A stretch of DNA of 64,000 nucleotides. It comes from Perna viridis. Taxonomy: Eukaryota. The stretch lies in assembly GCA_037379345.1 (NCBI GenBank), contig CM074515.1:49543743-49607742 (forward strand), written 5' to 3'. This document shows positions 26,553 to 38,995 of this stretch, one piece after another (position 1 is the first letter of the stretch; the number at the start of each line of letters is the position of its first letter). The notes under the pieces are model-generated. The model ran no database searches. It was not told where the DNA came from and saw only the letters and a list, made by a program, of their open reading frames with translations. A program made the position numbers and the translations under genes.

Positions 26553-27467
26553 TGGACATGTCCTTCTTCACCAGCAATACCTGTCATATTGGAAGGTGGA
26601 CATCTCCTTCACCAGCAATACTTGTCATATTGGAAGGTGGACATGTCACCAGCAATACCTGTCATATTGGAAGGTGGACATGTCCTCCTTCACCAGCAAT
26701 ACTTGTCATATTGGAAGGTGGACATATCACCAGCAATACCTGTCATATTGGAAGGTGGACATGTCCTTCTTCACTAGCAATACCTGTCATATTGGAAGGT
26801 GGACATGTCACCAGCAATACCTGTCATATTGGAAGGTGGACATGTCCTCCTTCACTAGCAATACCTGTCATATTGGAAGGTGGACTTAACACCAACAATA
26901 CCTGTCATATTGGAAGGTGGACATGTCCTTCTTCACTAGCAATACCTGTCATATTGGAAGGTGGACATGTCCTTCTTCACTAGCAATACTTGTCATATTG
27001 GAAGGTGGACATGTCACCAGCAATACCTGTCATATTGGAAGGTGGACATGTCCTTCTTCACTAGCAATACCTGTCATATTGGAAGGTGGACATGTCCTTC
27101 TTCACTAGCAATACCTGTCATATTGGAAGGTGAACATGTCCTTCTTCACTAGCAATACCTGTCATATTGGAAGGTGAACATGTCACCAGCAATACCTGTC
27201 ATATTGGAAGGTGGATATGTCCTTCTTCACTAGCAATACCTGTCATATTGGAAAGTGAACATGTCCTTCTTCACTAGCAATACTTGTCATATTGGAAGGT
27301 GGAAATGTCACCAGCAATACCTGTCATATTGGAAGGTGAACATGTCCTTCTTCACTAGCAATATCTGTCATATTGGAAGGTGAACATGTCCTTCTTCACT
27401 AGCAATATCTGTTATATTGGAAGGTGAACATGTCCTTCTTCACTAGCAATACCTGTCATATTGGAAG
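26553..27467. repeat. Minisatellite with 44-bp and 37-bp units
   Basis: GGACATGT(CCTTCTT)CAC(C/T)AGCAATACCTGTCATATTGGAAGGT, ~22 copies. Explains ORFs 26505-27152. Confidence 0.97.
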
Positions 27468-27779
27468 AATCAGAATCACATACAGTTGGATTGTTACCAA
27501 AAAAACATACATGACGTATCAGACAGACATATAAAGTAACATGAGAATAAAGAAAATTGTTTCCATGCCTCCTAACAAATAAGAAAATATAAGAACATTT
27601 TATCTTCTAGCACTTCCAAGGAAAATATTATCATGTATTTGTATATATCTGAATGACTGAAGAGGTGTGCTACTGTACCAATGATAAAATTGGATAGATA
27701 AATCTATATGTATATTCAGTTTTGTACAATCATTACAAATAATAAGACAGCATTACACTACTGACCTTGGTTTTTCAAA

Positions 27780-29000
27780 TTTTCACATCTGGTGTTGTTT
27801 ACAACACTGATACCATTTACAATCACTTTAGTAATGTCATACTCATTACAGGTGATTATGAAATTAAATTTACATTGGTCCTTCCATATTACTGAAAGAA
27901 GGGGCAACTGATCTTATTTCATAGAAAAATGATTCTCTACAATTTGACAACTTTGGACATATGACAAAATGAAATTTATCCTCAATATTGACTTTACATA
28001 GAGGACAGATTCTACATGTATCTCCAAATTTGGTTTTATTGAATCTACCTGGCAAATTAAGTTTGGTGTAAATTTTATATATATAACAGCCCTCAATTTA
28101 GTCTAGTGAAATGGTCCCATTGGCGACTTAAAAAACGTTTTTGCGACTGAAAACAATATTAAAGTCGCCAATTGGCGACTTGAAATAATATTGACTGGCG
28201 ACTGAAAAATCCGGAAAAAAATCATGTCCGAGCCGGTATTTTTCATATGTTACTCAATTGCCACCAGTACGTTTGAAAGTAACGAGATTTTGAAAACGAT
28301 TTCAAGCATGTCATTGATTGTTTCTAACTCCCCGTAATGGCGGAGAAAGTAAAACAAACACTTTTGGCAAGTTTTTTAACGAACAAGGACACCTATTTTT
28401 TTTGGCTGGCAACCCAAAATTTGTGTTGGCCACTAAAATTTCAAGGTTGGTGGCCAAAAGACCACCTAGTTTCAAAAGGTACATTGAGGGCTGTATAATA
28501 TAATTTTGTCTAAGTGATGTAGTAAATATTTTTCAATTTTAAAATCAGATTTAACTTTACGAGATGTTCTTAATTTATAAACTTGTTCTGAATTTTCATT
28601 ATGAATGGATTTATTCCAGTTATGACTAAAATTATCTTTCAGTTACAAAGTGGTTTAGTTCTCCCATACATGGGAGAAATTCAATTTTTTTTTTATATAA
28701 TTTGATTTTTTAATGAAAACTGTCAGATATACCTGAGCTGGCTTTGATCCATTTGTTTGTACGAAAATAATGCATTATTCATATTATTGGCCAAAAGTAA
28801 TACTTTTTTAAAGTACAAACTCTGCCCTTCCCAAAAGCTGTTAAAATCTGTAATATGTCATTTAGAGCTTACATATATTAAGAATATTCTAAATTTCAAC
28901 TATCACTACTTGATCAGTTTAGGGCAGGTAAAATCAAATTCTTGCAAAGTGTTCAACAGACCTTACAAGATAGCCCTCTAAAACAAATCTTTGTAATCAT
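27780..29000 (-). mobile_element. Decayed non-LTR retrotransposon (CR1/L2-group-like) ORF2 C-terminal fragment
   Basis: Minus-strand translation WNKSIHNENSEQVYKLRTSRKVKSDFKIEKYL (28501-28620) and RICPLCKVNIEDKFHFVICPKL (ORF 27870-28055). These match the KLRTY..FK..F..E.YL and R.C..C....EDE.HF...C motifs downstream of the RT in these LINEs. Confidence 0.75.
28087..28493. mobile_element. Non-autonomous DNA transposon with 5-bp TSD (hAT5-like) inserted in the LINE
   Basis: Perfect 11-bp TIR CAGCCCTCAAT...ATTGAGGGCTG. TSD TATAA (28082-86, 28494-98). Subterminal TGGCGACT repeats. CpG-rich. Confidence 0.85.
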
Positions 29001-29017
29001 TACATAGTAAAACGAAA

Positions 29018-30123
29018 TAACCTTCACACTCCAGCAAAACATTCTGAGAAAACATAACCTTCAATAACACTCCAGCAAAAAATCCTAAGAAAACATAACT
29101 TCAATAACACTCCAGCAAAAAAATCCTCAGAAAACAAAACCTTCAATAACACTCCAGCAAAAAATCCTCAGAAAACATATTCTTCAGTAACACTCCAGCA
29201 AAAAAAATCCTGAGAAAACATAACCTTCAATCACACTCCAGCAAAAAAATCCTCAGAAAACAAAACCTTCAATAACACTCCAGCAAAAAATCCTTAGAAA
29301 ACATATTCTTCAGTAACACTCCAGCAAAAAAAAATCCTGAGAAAACATAACCTTCAATCACACTCCAGCAAAAAAATCCTGAGAAAACACAACCTACAAT
29401 AACACTCCAGCAAAAAATCTTGAGAAAACAACCTTCAATAACACTCCAGCAAAAATCCTGAGAAAACACAACCTTCAATAACACTCCAGCAAAAATCCTG
29501 AGAAAACACAACCTTCAATAACACTCCAGCAAAAAGTTCTGAGAAAACATAACCTTCAATAACACTCCAGCAAAAAATCTTCAGAAAACAACCTTCAATA
29601 ACACCCCAGCAAAAAAATCCTGAGAAAACACAACCTTCAATAACACTTCAGCAAAAAATCCTGAGAAAACAAAACCTTCAATAACATTCCAGCAAAAAAT
29701 CCTGAGAAAACACAACCTACAATAACACTCCAGCAAAAAATCTTGAGAAAACAACCTTCAATAACACTCCAGCAAAAAAATCCTGAGAGAAAACAACCTT
29801 CAATAACACTCCAGCAAAAATATCCTGAGCAAACAAAATCTTCAATAACATTCCAGCAAAAAATCCTGAGAAAACAAAACCTTCAATAACATTCCAGCAA
29901 AAAATCCTGAGAAAACACAACCTACAATAACACTCCAGCAAAAAATCTTGAGAAAACAACCTTCAATAACACTCCAGCAAAAAAATCCTGAGAAAACACA
30001 ACCTTCAATAACACTCCAGCAAAAATATCCTGAGCAAACAAAACCTTCAATAACATTCCAGCAAAAAATCCTCAGAAAACACAACCTTCAATAACATTCC
30101 AGCAAAAAATTCCTCAGAAAACA
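29018..30123. repeat. ~41-bp minisatellite
   Basis: AACCTTCAATAACACTCCAGCAAAAAATCCTGAGAAAACAC, ~26 copies with A-run length variation. Confidence 0.97.
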
Positions 30124-30999
30124 CATATGAAACACAAAGTTATAATTTTGTTGGCCTTACCATAAATCATGTTCTTATTCAAATGTTGCATAAATCACTA
30201 TTAATTTCTGAAAATTAATGAGCTTGTCATTGTCATGAATGTCATAAATGACTGTCTTTTAAGTGCACTTTACACAAAAAGATTAAATGTGCCATGCATG
30301 CAAAAACAAAATGTCCTCATTACATATGACAAAAAATGGAGAAAACATCCATGTCTCTTACAGATCTTCATCTCATTTGATAGGCTTAGAATTTGTTATC
30401 TTTTAAAAACTTTATTACCCTCCATTGAGATGCAGTACTAAGCACTAATCTAATACTCTATCATTTTCTTTTGATTGAGGCACTGCCCAATTATCACTGA
30501 AGCGAAAAATGTGACAATGTTGTCAATAGGCTTGATATTGATGGTTGTCTGGTAAGATGTATAATTGGTACTTGTCTAGCAGCTTGCATCACCTGCAGAT
30601 GTTTCAAAAAGACAAGCACTATCCAAGCTTAAAATGAATTCTTATTGGACATATATTAATAATAGGTAGCAGTCCTGACTTGTCAACAGCATCATCTTCA
30701 ATACCTCAACAACCAATATAGAACATAAAAATTCAGCTTTAATTTTGAGCAAAACAACATTTCAGCAGCATTATCAGCACACAAAAAAAAACATGACTTC
30801 AACCACTATGACCAAACATGTAACACATGCATGTAACTACACATAAAACACCTAACACTGCAACACAACTAACTAAAGGCTAATAACAATACAGGCTAGG
30901 TAATGTCCATGTTACAGAGTAAGGACAATCACAGACTTAAAGCAAGTAACAACACTGACTTGGTAAACATTAAACTATATGTCCAAGTCACTTTCAAAA

Positions 31000-31900
31000 T
31001 GAGAAAGACACACCAAACTAAAAATAGCAACACCACAGGCTTTATAAGGATACAAAATATACATGTATAAATATGTCAAGGTACCTTAGTGAGACATACC
31101 AAACCAAAGACTAGTAACAACACAGCCTTTATAAGGATACAAAATATACATGTATAAATATGTCAAGGTACCTTAGTGAGACATACCAAACCAAAGACTA
31201 GTAACAACACAGGCTTTATAAGAATAAAAAATATACATGTATATATATGTCGAGGTACCTTAGTGTGACATACCTCAGTGAGACATACCTAACCAAATGC
31301 TGGCAACACCACAGGCTTTAAAAGGATACAAAATATACATGTATATGTATGTCAAGGTACCTTAGTGAGACATACCAAACCAAAGACTAGCAAAACCACA
31401 GGCTTTTTAAGGATATAAAATATACATGTATATATATGTCAAGGTACCTTAGTGAGACATACCAAACCAAAGACTAGTAACAACACAGGCTTTACAAGGA
31501 TACAAAAAATACATGTACATGTAGGTCAAAGTACCTTAGTGAAACATACCAAACCAAAGACTAGCAAAACCACAGGCTTTATAACGATACAAAATATACA
31601 TGTATATATATATATATATGTCAAGGTACCTTAGTAGGGCATACCAACCAAAGACTAGTAACAACACAGGCTTTATAAGGATACAAAATATACATGTACA
31701 TGTAGGTCAAAGTACCTTAGTGAGACATACTAAACCAAATGCTGGCAACACCACAGGCTATATAAGGATATAAAATATACATGTATATGTACGTCAAGGT
31801 ACCTTAGTGAGACATACCAAACCAAAGACAAGCAACACCACAGGTTTTATAAAGATACAAAATATATATGTAGACTGAACACTAGTAACACCACAGACTT
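31000..31900. repeat. 87-bp tandem repeat
   Basis: GAGACATACCAAACCAAAGACTAGTAACAACACAGGCTTTATAAGGATACAAAATATACATGTATAAATATGTCAAGGTACCTTAGT, ~10 copies, with diverged units in the flanks. Confidence 0.95.
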
Positions 31901-33056
31901 AGTAAACATTAAACTATATGTCCAAGTCATTTTTAAGTCACAACACCACAGTTTTTATGACGATACAAAATATACATGTACATGTATGCCAGAGTACCTT
32001 TGGTAAAGACATACCAAAGCCTAGCAACACAACATGCTAAGTTAAGATTGAAATACATGTATATGTCTCAGTCAATTAGAGAGACATAAAAACTAAATAA
32101 TTGCCCAGTAAGCATGCATGCATGTACATGTACATGTATGTCCAACATAACCAAAGGCTAACAACATCATCAGCTAAACACTAATATTTCATGTTGTTTA
32201 TGGTATATCTGTGTTGGTCAGATGTCCAGAAGCATTACTTGTCATGTACTCCAAATTTTATTCTTGTCCAGTTGTAAATTTCTATTTGGCAAAATGTTTA
32301 AGTGAAAATGAAAAAGTCCAGTTTAATGTTATTTTGTCCAAGTACCTTCAATAATAACTACTTATGATGGTTGCTTAAATTTTTAATCTGCAGATTTAGA
32401 TACAGTAATAATTTTTTTAGCTATGCCTTTGAAAAAAATAGTGTTTTAGTGAGCAAAAAAAATCAATTTTGGCCCAGTACTATTTTTCGCTTTTGTTTGC
32501 TGATCCCAAATTGGGAAAAATAGCAAAAATTACAACACTTACAGTGAACTTAATGCCAGAAAAGGATTTAAAAAACTTTAAAACATGCAACATTTCTTAG
32601 ATCATTTGTCTTAAGGGTGAGTCCAACTACACAGATAAATGGACCAAGTTCTGACAATAAATCTAATTATAAATAACAGTGGCTTTTGATTGATTTGGTG
32701 TCAGACACAAATTTATTGGATAAAGAAATTGTCCTGAAAACAGAACAAACCAAGACAGAAGATTTATCAACCCAAACTTGATTGAATTTTCACAGAGGTG
32801 AGAAAAATGGAACATCATCTACAATACAACAGCTCCATTTACTTATAGATGATTCAATACATTGACTTCCATTGAAGATATGAAAAGTATCTTTCTAACT
32901 GTATCTAACAGGAGTTACATGAATGCATTCAGAAGTGCAAGGTGTAAATATATTTACATCAGAAGTTTCTTTGAAATTTTAAAGTCCAATTCACATGCAG
33001 AAACCACAATATTTTAAGATGAAAAATAATAATCTGACTGACAACAGTTCAAAACA

Positions 33057-33582
33057 ATGATTGATTGATTGATTGATTTATTATTGGGGTTTAAAGCCCG
33101 AGCAGCAATATTTCAGCTATATTCAGGCGATGAACATGAAATAGGATGATAAAATGAACATGAAATGATGATGATGAAATGAAAAAAGGGATGGGACACA
33201 AGGATAATAGGGTAGACAAATTTTGATTGCCACAAGAAAAAGGGATGGATGGGTAGGGTCGGGGCAATTCAGCCTCCTGTGGCAGAGCCCTCTGGTTCCT
33301 ACTTGGCGAGAATACCACAGAAGTATTCTTTAACATGCAAGGAATGTGGCATCTTTCCTAACATGTTGCACCATTATGCTTTGCGGTCAGGTTTTTCGTA
33401 TTATGGCTTGACGACCCCAGCATAAACATGCCAGGGTTACCCCATTCTACCACCCAGTTGCTCTGTGGGCAAAGCGCTCTAGCCCCCAGCCAGGGTTCTG
33501 AGCACTATTTAGTTGCCTTTTACAACCAGCTCAACACTGCTGCAGGCCTATTCTTTTGACACCTGGCCCTGCATGGGGCTCA
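33057..33582 (-). mobile_element. SINE-like retroposon with (AATC)n tail
   Basis: (TGAT)n at 33057-33079 is the minus-strand tail. GC-rich body with GCATGTTAAAGAA (Meta-domain-like) and a head GGTTGTAAAAGGCAACTAAA resembling a CpG-decayed GTCGTAAGAGGCGACTAAA motif of mollusc SINE/RTE 5' ends (recall). Confidence 0.6.
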
Positions 33583-34342
33583 AGTAAAATGAAGGCCAAA
33601 CTCAAAGCAAAATCATATCAGATATCTCTATTAACATTTGAAAAAGCAGACTAATAGTACATCATTGTACATAAGTACAGTCATACATTAAGCAAAGAAA
33701 TTGAGTCATCACTAAACACTTGTCAGTGTATACTGCAAAAGCTTCCAATAATGTATCCTTTTTTTTACTTCAAAGAATAGGCGAGTCATATGAAGAACTT
33801 TCTGTCAAGCATTTAAAAATATTGCAACCTGGACAATGCAAGAAGTCACTGTGTACTTGGTAAAGCATTCAATTTACACAAGATCACTGTACACTTGACA
33901 TAGCAAGCAAGTAACACTGAGTCACTTTAAACTTCGCAAAACAGCAAAGTAACAACAGTTTACTTTACACTCAATGAACCAGGAAGTAAAACCATGTCAA
34001 TTAAGGTGTCTGTAAACTTGGCCCAGCAGACACATGTCAACACACATGTACATATGGCAAAACCATCAAGCTACGTCAGGTAGATGTGCATGTATCTGTG
34101 CACCTGACAAAGCAGGATATTTCTGACAAGAACATTTTTCAACTTTACACAAGGTTACTCATCACTCTGTCCATGTAGCATAGCAGGTCTTCAATAACAT
34201 CAGGCAAAAGTGCACTTGGTAAATATATTTAGTCTCATCAAGTAAATGTTACCCTGACAAAGCAAATAAGTCACACCAGGTCACTGGTAAAATGGCAAAA
34301 CCAGATATTGGACAGCTTGCAATCAGCAATTCACTGCTAACT

Positions 34343-35422
34343 CATTAAGGGGTTTCATTAATTTTTCAGGCAGGAGGTACCTTACAGAAAAGGTATCAAA
34401 TAAATTTGGCAAGGGGTCTGGGGGCCGCTTAAGGCCCCCAGTGGATCCAGAGCAACGCCTTGGTGGGGAAGCTCCTAGATGTCAGCCTTTTTGAGATTTA
34501 AATTTTGACTTGAGAATATGGGATTAAGTCTGCAATATTTGCTTCAGTTTCGTTTAAAATATATAAATCTGAAATTCAAGATATATGATGAATCATAACT
34601 GATTTAGGTCTCAAAACCCTGAAATCCAGGAGCTCCCTATGATTCCCACCAGATCTATTTCTAGACTAATGCTGATAAACTTTGTTGACTGTTTAATACT
34701 ATGCCATTTTATATGAAATTCTGATAAGTGTCATATTTTGTTCTTAGGCTTTTATTTACTTGTTACAAAATTTGAACACTAATACTTGCAAAGAAAAGCA
34801 TAGGAACAAAACTAAAATAAAATAAAATGTGGTGGTTCCTAGTGCTGATTAAATTAAGTTTCATAATAAAACTTTGTTGTTGTTTATTGCCTTATTTTTA
34901 CTGTGACATGTAGAGCAATTGCATGTGTCTTGTTGTGAAATGTTAGTCTAAAAATCATAGTCTGGTAAGAAATTCTTTGCTTATGAAGAAAAAAAAACAA
35001 GGCCAGTGATTGAATTTAAGGGGAAATACTTGCTAAATGCAGGTTAAAATTCAATTTTGCTAGTAGAAATTATTTCCACTTGCTAAAATTTGCAAGTGGA
35101 ATTCTATTTTTCATAGAGGTAAAGTCCAGAAATAACCCCAAAACTTGAATTTAGCAAGTGTAAATTTTCTGTACTTGCAAAATTTAGCTAGTGGAAAAAA
35201 TTCTAAAATTCAATCCATGAAGGCTGGCAGTTTTAGTTTGGTTGACTTTTAGACGGACAGAATTTTTTAAACATTACAATGTATTTATTTTCTATTATTA
35301 TCTAAAGCAGTGTTGAATCTCGGATCCAATATTTTTTTATATTCTTGTCAGTTATTCTGCTGGTTTCAGATGTTACTGTACCCAGTAAAAGTACTGGGTA
35401 CCAGCTCTTAATGAAAGCACTG
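34343..35422. mobile_element. hAT-like non-autonomous DNA transposon
   Basis: Left CA[TTAA]GGGGTTTCATTAA vs right reverse complement CAGTGCTTTCATTAA. CTAACT direct repeat at 34337-42 and 35423-28. Internal GGGGTCTGGGGGCCGCTTAAGGCCCCCAG motif. Confidence 0.6.
35004..35219. mobile_element. Nested MITE with 5-bp TSD
   Basis: TIR CAGTGATTGAATTT vs right reverse complement CATGGATTGAATTT. TSD AAGGC (34999-35003, 35220-24). Internal ACTTGCTAAA/TTTAGCAAGT repeats. Confidence 0.75.
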
Positions 35423-38400
35423 CTAACTTGGTGAAGTAGACAACTTACACCATATCATTGTTCACTTGGAATAACAATAAATCACACTTCAGTTCTTAGG
35501 AATTTAACAATCAGTCAAGTCACACAGTTCACTGTTGACTTGGCAAAGCTGACAAGTCACACTACTTGTAGGTAATAGTACACTTGACAAAACAGGCAAG
35601 TTACGCCAGGTACATTGCATGTGCACTTGGCAAGGCAAGTATTTACAATTATCCCAGCTAAGCAGACAAGTTACAAATGTAATTGTATACCAGATCATTG
35701 TTCATTTTGTCCTGGAAAAGCAGTTACACTTCAGTCACACTAAGTCACTGAGCAGTTTACATTCACTATTTTGACAGGCCACTTAATAACTTGAGTTTGC
35801 TGTTAACTTGAAAAAGTAGACAAGTCTATTTCACTGTGCAGTTGGCATTTACTATTCAGGCAAGACTGTTACCAGTAACTTGACAAAGGAGGCAAATTAC
35901 ACTAGGTCACTGCAGTAAGCCTTCACTATTAAGGCAGGCCACTCAAGTGTAAACATTGCAAAGTACGTAAGTTACACTTGGTCATTGTTCACTTCAATAA
36001 GCAGGCAAGTCATACATACCAAGTCAATTGACAGTTGTCGAGTTGGCAATTAGGCTAGTTCACTCTTAACTTGGGCAAAGCAATATAATACTAGATCATT
36101 TGAAACTTGTGCTACTAATCTTTGTACTGAGGAAATATGATCAAATTAACTTCATGTCACTACAGCACGTTAATTACATTTATACATGAGCACAGGGAAT
36201 AGGTTTTTCAGGGCTCAGTAGGCAGTGCTAATAAAAAAAAAACTTAATTGGCCCTAAACAGTTTTACAGAAAAGTAAAAAAAATTACTCTTTTGAAAATC
36301 AAGCTGCTGGACTGAAAATCTGAAGCTATGTGAGCAGTGCCAGGTCATAGAGAATACAAGTCTTCAACAAATATAAAGAAGCAGTAGTTTTCTTTCTGAG
36401 CATGTATATGTATGCACCCAAAAACTTAAGATAAGACCAGGCTAATAACCATGTCCTGATCAGTATAGAGTTGGTGATCTATGGGATGTTACAACAGGGC
36501 CTACACCTACCACTTCACTCTTAAGTACAGCCAAAAATAACTATCTAGAGGACATGTTTTGCTTTGTTTGAACAGATGTACACTAACACAGGTTCCATAT
36601 GTATTACTTCTTTATGAAGGTACATGTAATGTATTTCAAAGCATGATTGGTTTATACAGTTTTTTTTTTAGTTTATTCAGGGCTCAGTTTAGATCATTTT
36701 CAACAAACATATACATGTACAATCTACAAATACATAGATTAGGAGTGCTTGAGAACTGCCAAGACTATCATGATTCAAAGACACATTAAATTGATGAGGT
36801 AATAAATGTGTTAAAAATATCACCTAATCATTCAGCAACTTTGCCATAAAATACATCAGTACCCAAATCTACAGTTTATTCCATCACAGTTTACGTTCAA
36901 TCAATAGTCTTAACCTACTTATCATGTCTATACCAAAAAGACCAAAGCTAAGCTTCCTTATCCTTAAGTGGTTGACTCGTCACGAGAAAAAAATCCAATT
37001 TCAATCAGATACAATCATACAAAATTCTCCTTAATTGAACTGTTCAAGGGGCTAATTCTCTTTCTTTCATAATGTCTTTTAAAATACACTATTGTTTTAA
37101 GTTATTTAGTGAAAATAGTTTCACTTTTTTACAACATTTTATGAAATTCTTTTTAAAAAAATAAAAAAAAGTTCAATGTCATTTTTTTTAATGTCAGCTA
37201 AAGTACAAAGTACACTGTACAAGTATCTGCTTACAAAAAAATCAATTTCATAAAGTGCAAATATTTCTCATTTATATACAAGTATTGTCTTATTTCTCCT
37301 AAGTAAGAAGCCATTTCAAAGGTACTGGTTAAACTGAATTAAATTAGTAGATAAATAAGAAAAAAAACTTAATAAGTTACAGTTTGAGACAACCTTTAAT
37401 TTCTTTTTTTTTTATCTAGCTTCTTACAGTGTTGGTCCAAATTAAATTTCACTTATTTCCATTCAAGGTATTATCTAAAACCCTTTTCACTCTTCATTCA
37501 CAAAATTATTTCCTTCAAGTTCAACATAAAGCCCCACTGGAGCCCACTTTTATCTTGAAAGAATTTTACCTTTGTACCAATACCCATACACCTCCATATT
37601 CAGTCTGTCTGCTTTAAATATTCAATAACATTTATTGATTATCACCTCTCAGTTTACCTTGCTATGCTTGCTTTTTCATTAATAAAAAATTCACCTTACA
37701 AATGGTAGGTTTTGTCACACTTCAGTGACTTTTAGAACTTGTATTTTTTCAATTTGATATTCACAATCACATCCAGCTATTTATAAACTTTGATCAGTTA
37801 CAAGTAAGTTTTCCTGGTCTGAGCAACTCTTATAACCTTACAGGATCAATTAAGTCAATGCATAAATAAAAGCAGTTGTAAGACTTCATGCATCATTACT
37901 AACTGCATTGCATTGCAAATGCACACTAAATACTCAATACCATGTCGGCAAATCAGTTCACCAAGTTAAATGACCTTAAGTCATGAATACACTAATGCAA
38001 CAAGCTGCACTCTCCACTAGGAATATTGCGCAATAAAGTTTATAAAAGTGTGCATGTTCAATTACGTAATCCATTGCAGTAGGGATCATTTGTCGTTTTG
38101 TAAACAGGACTATTTACTTGTAACAAAATTATATTTCCATGTGAATTTTCGGCATAAATGGCCGTACTTGTGTACACAATTATTTATGGATATTAAAGGA
38201 ATTAAATTTTGTGCATATACGAATACCACAGTGTGACATAAAATGAACTTATGGCGATGTAAAAATAGGGGGAATTTATCCTGCAGTGTGCAGTCATTCA
38301 CAACATGGTATTCAAAATGATCGATTGTTGTCACAGAATTCTTAGGATATTAAAGAAATCAATCAAAAATTCTGTTTTGTGGAATAATTTCTGGTTAATT

Positions 38401-38548
38401 TTGGAAAGGCATGTAAAATGTGTGATTTTCAACGGAAAGTGCACAGCAGCCAACTACATGCTGTAAGAGACAGATTCGGTGAAATGGTGATCTATTTTTA
38501 CCTAATTAATTTCTAGTTAACAATATGATCAAGTTAAGGTAGCCTCAC

Positions 38549-38850
38549 CTGGCGTTTGACTGTCCATCAAAGAGGTTATTGATCCGTAAGCGGTCACTTC
38601 AGGCCACGGGCAAAGCGATCTGACCTCACGTGCCCACACTTCCGAATGAAACGACCGCCAATATCTCCCGCCATAGAAAAACAGAAATACTGGAGTGCCT
38701 CCAGTTTCAAAGTCACTTAAGATTATGATTAATCCAAATTTCTTTCATGATGATTATAGTTAGCACTTCTGCTTCCATTCCACGAGCATCGCTCCTCAAT
38801 AGTTCCGTAAATGCCATATAAAAGTATGGTTACTGTGGATGACCTTAACT
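38549..38850 (-). other. Probable first exon of the leftward transcript (upstream end approximate)
   Basis: CpG-rich block ending in a consensus donor CGCCAG|GTGAGG at the CpG-rich/CpG-poor boundary. Contains uORFs 38817-38713 (34 aa) and 38674-38594 (26 aa) and an ATG (MDSQTP) open to the donor. Confidence 0.65.
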
Positions 38851-38865
38851 CTAATTTCCAGACAG

Positions 38866-38995
38866 ATTTCAAATTCTCCCAACATGTTTATTAGGAATAC
38901 AAATGTAGGCGGGCGTTATCGATATAACTCTAAACTTCATTGGTTAAATTTCAATAAAATCGCCCATGAGGAAATTTTACAATTATTTCTATTGG
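38866..38995 (-). promoter_or_regulatory. Putative core/proximal promoter
   Basis: Two CCAAT boxes on the minus strand (ATTGG 38939-43, 38991-95), DRE TATCGATA (38917-24), GGCGGGCG GC-box-like motif (~38908-15), CHR-like TTTGAA (minus strand, 38868-73). Confidence 0.55.

Larger units (their letters stand above)
33800..36110. repeat. Old degenerate tandem repeat split by a transposon
   Basis: Recurring CACTTG(A/G)CAAAGCAGGCAAGTTACAC..GGTCACTG-like motifs at 33800-34340 and 35425-36110. Confidence 0.55.

Noticed and set aside
38594-38674. MAGDIG… uORF as a homologue of the AMD1 MAGDIS polyamine-sensing uORF
   Set aside because: MAGDIS function needs the stop directly after residue 6. This ORF runs 26 codons and no AMD1 coding exon is visible, so the 5-aa match is likely chance.
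38549-38817. Ornithine decarboxylase antizyme gene
   Set aside because: No UCC-UGA shift site, and no antizyme-like ORF1 or ORF2 sequence.
38534-38848. TTAA-flanked Kolobok-like element spanning the first exon
   Set aside because: The inverted termini match only over about GGT. The consensus donor, promoter motifs and CpG boundary fit an exon better.
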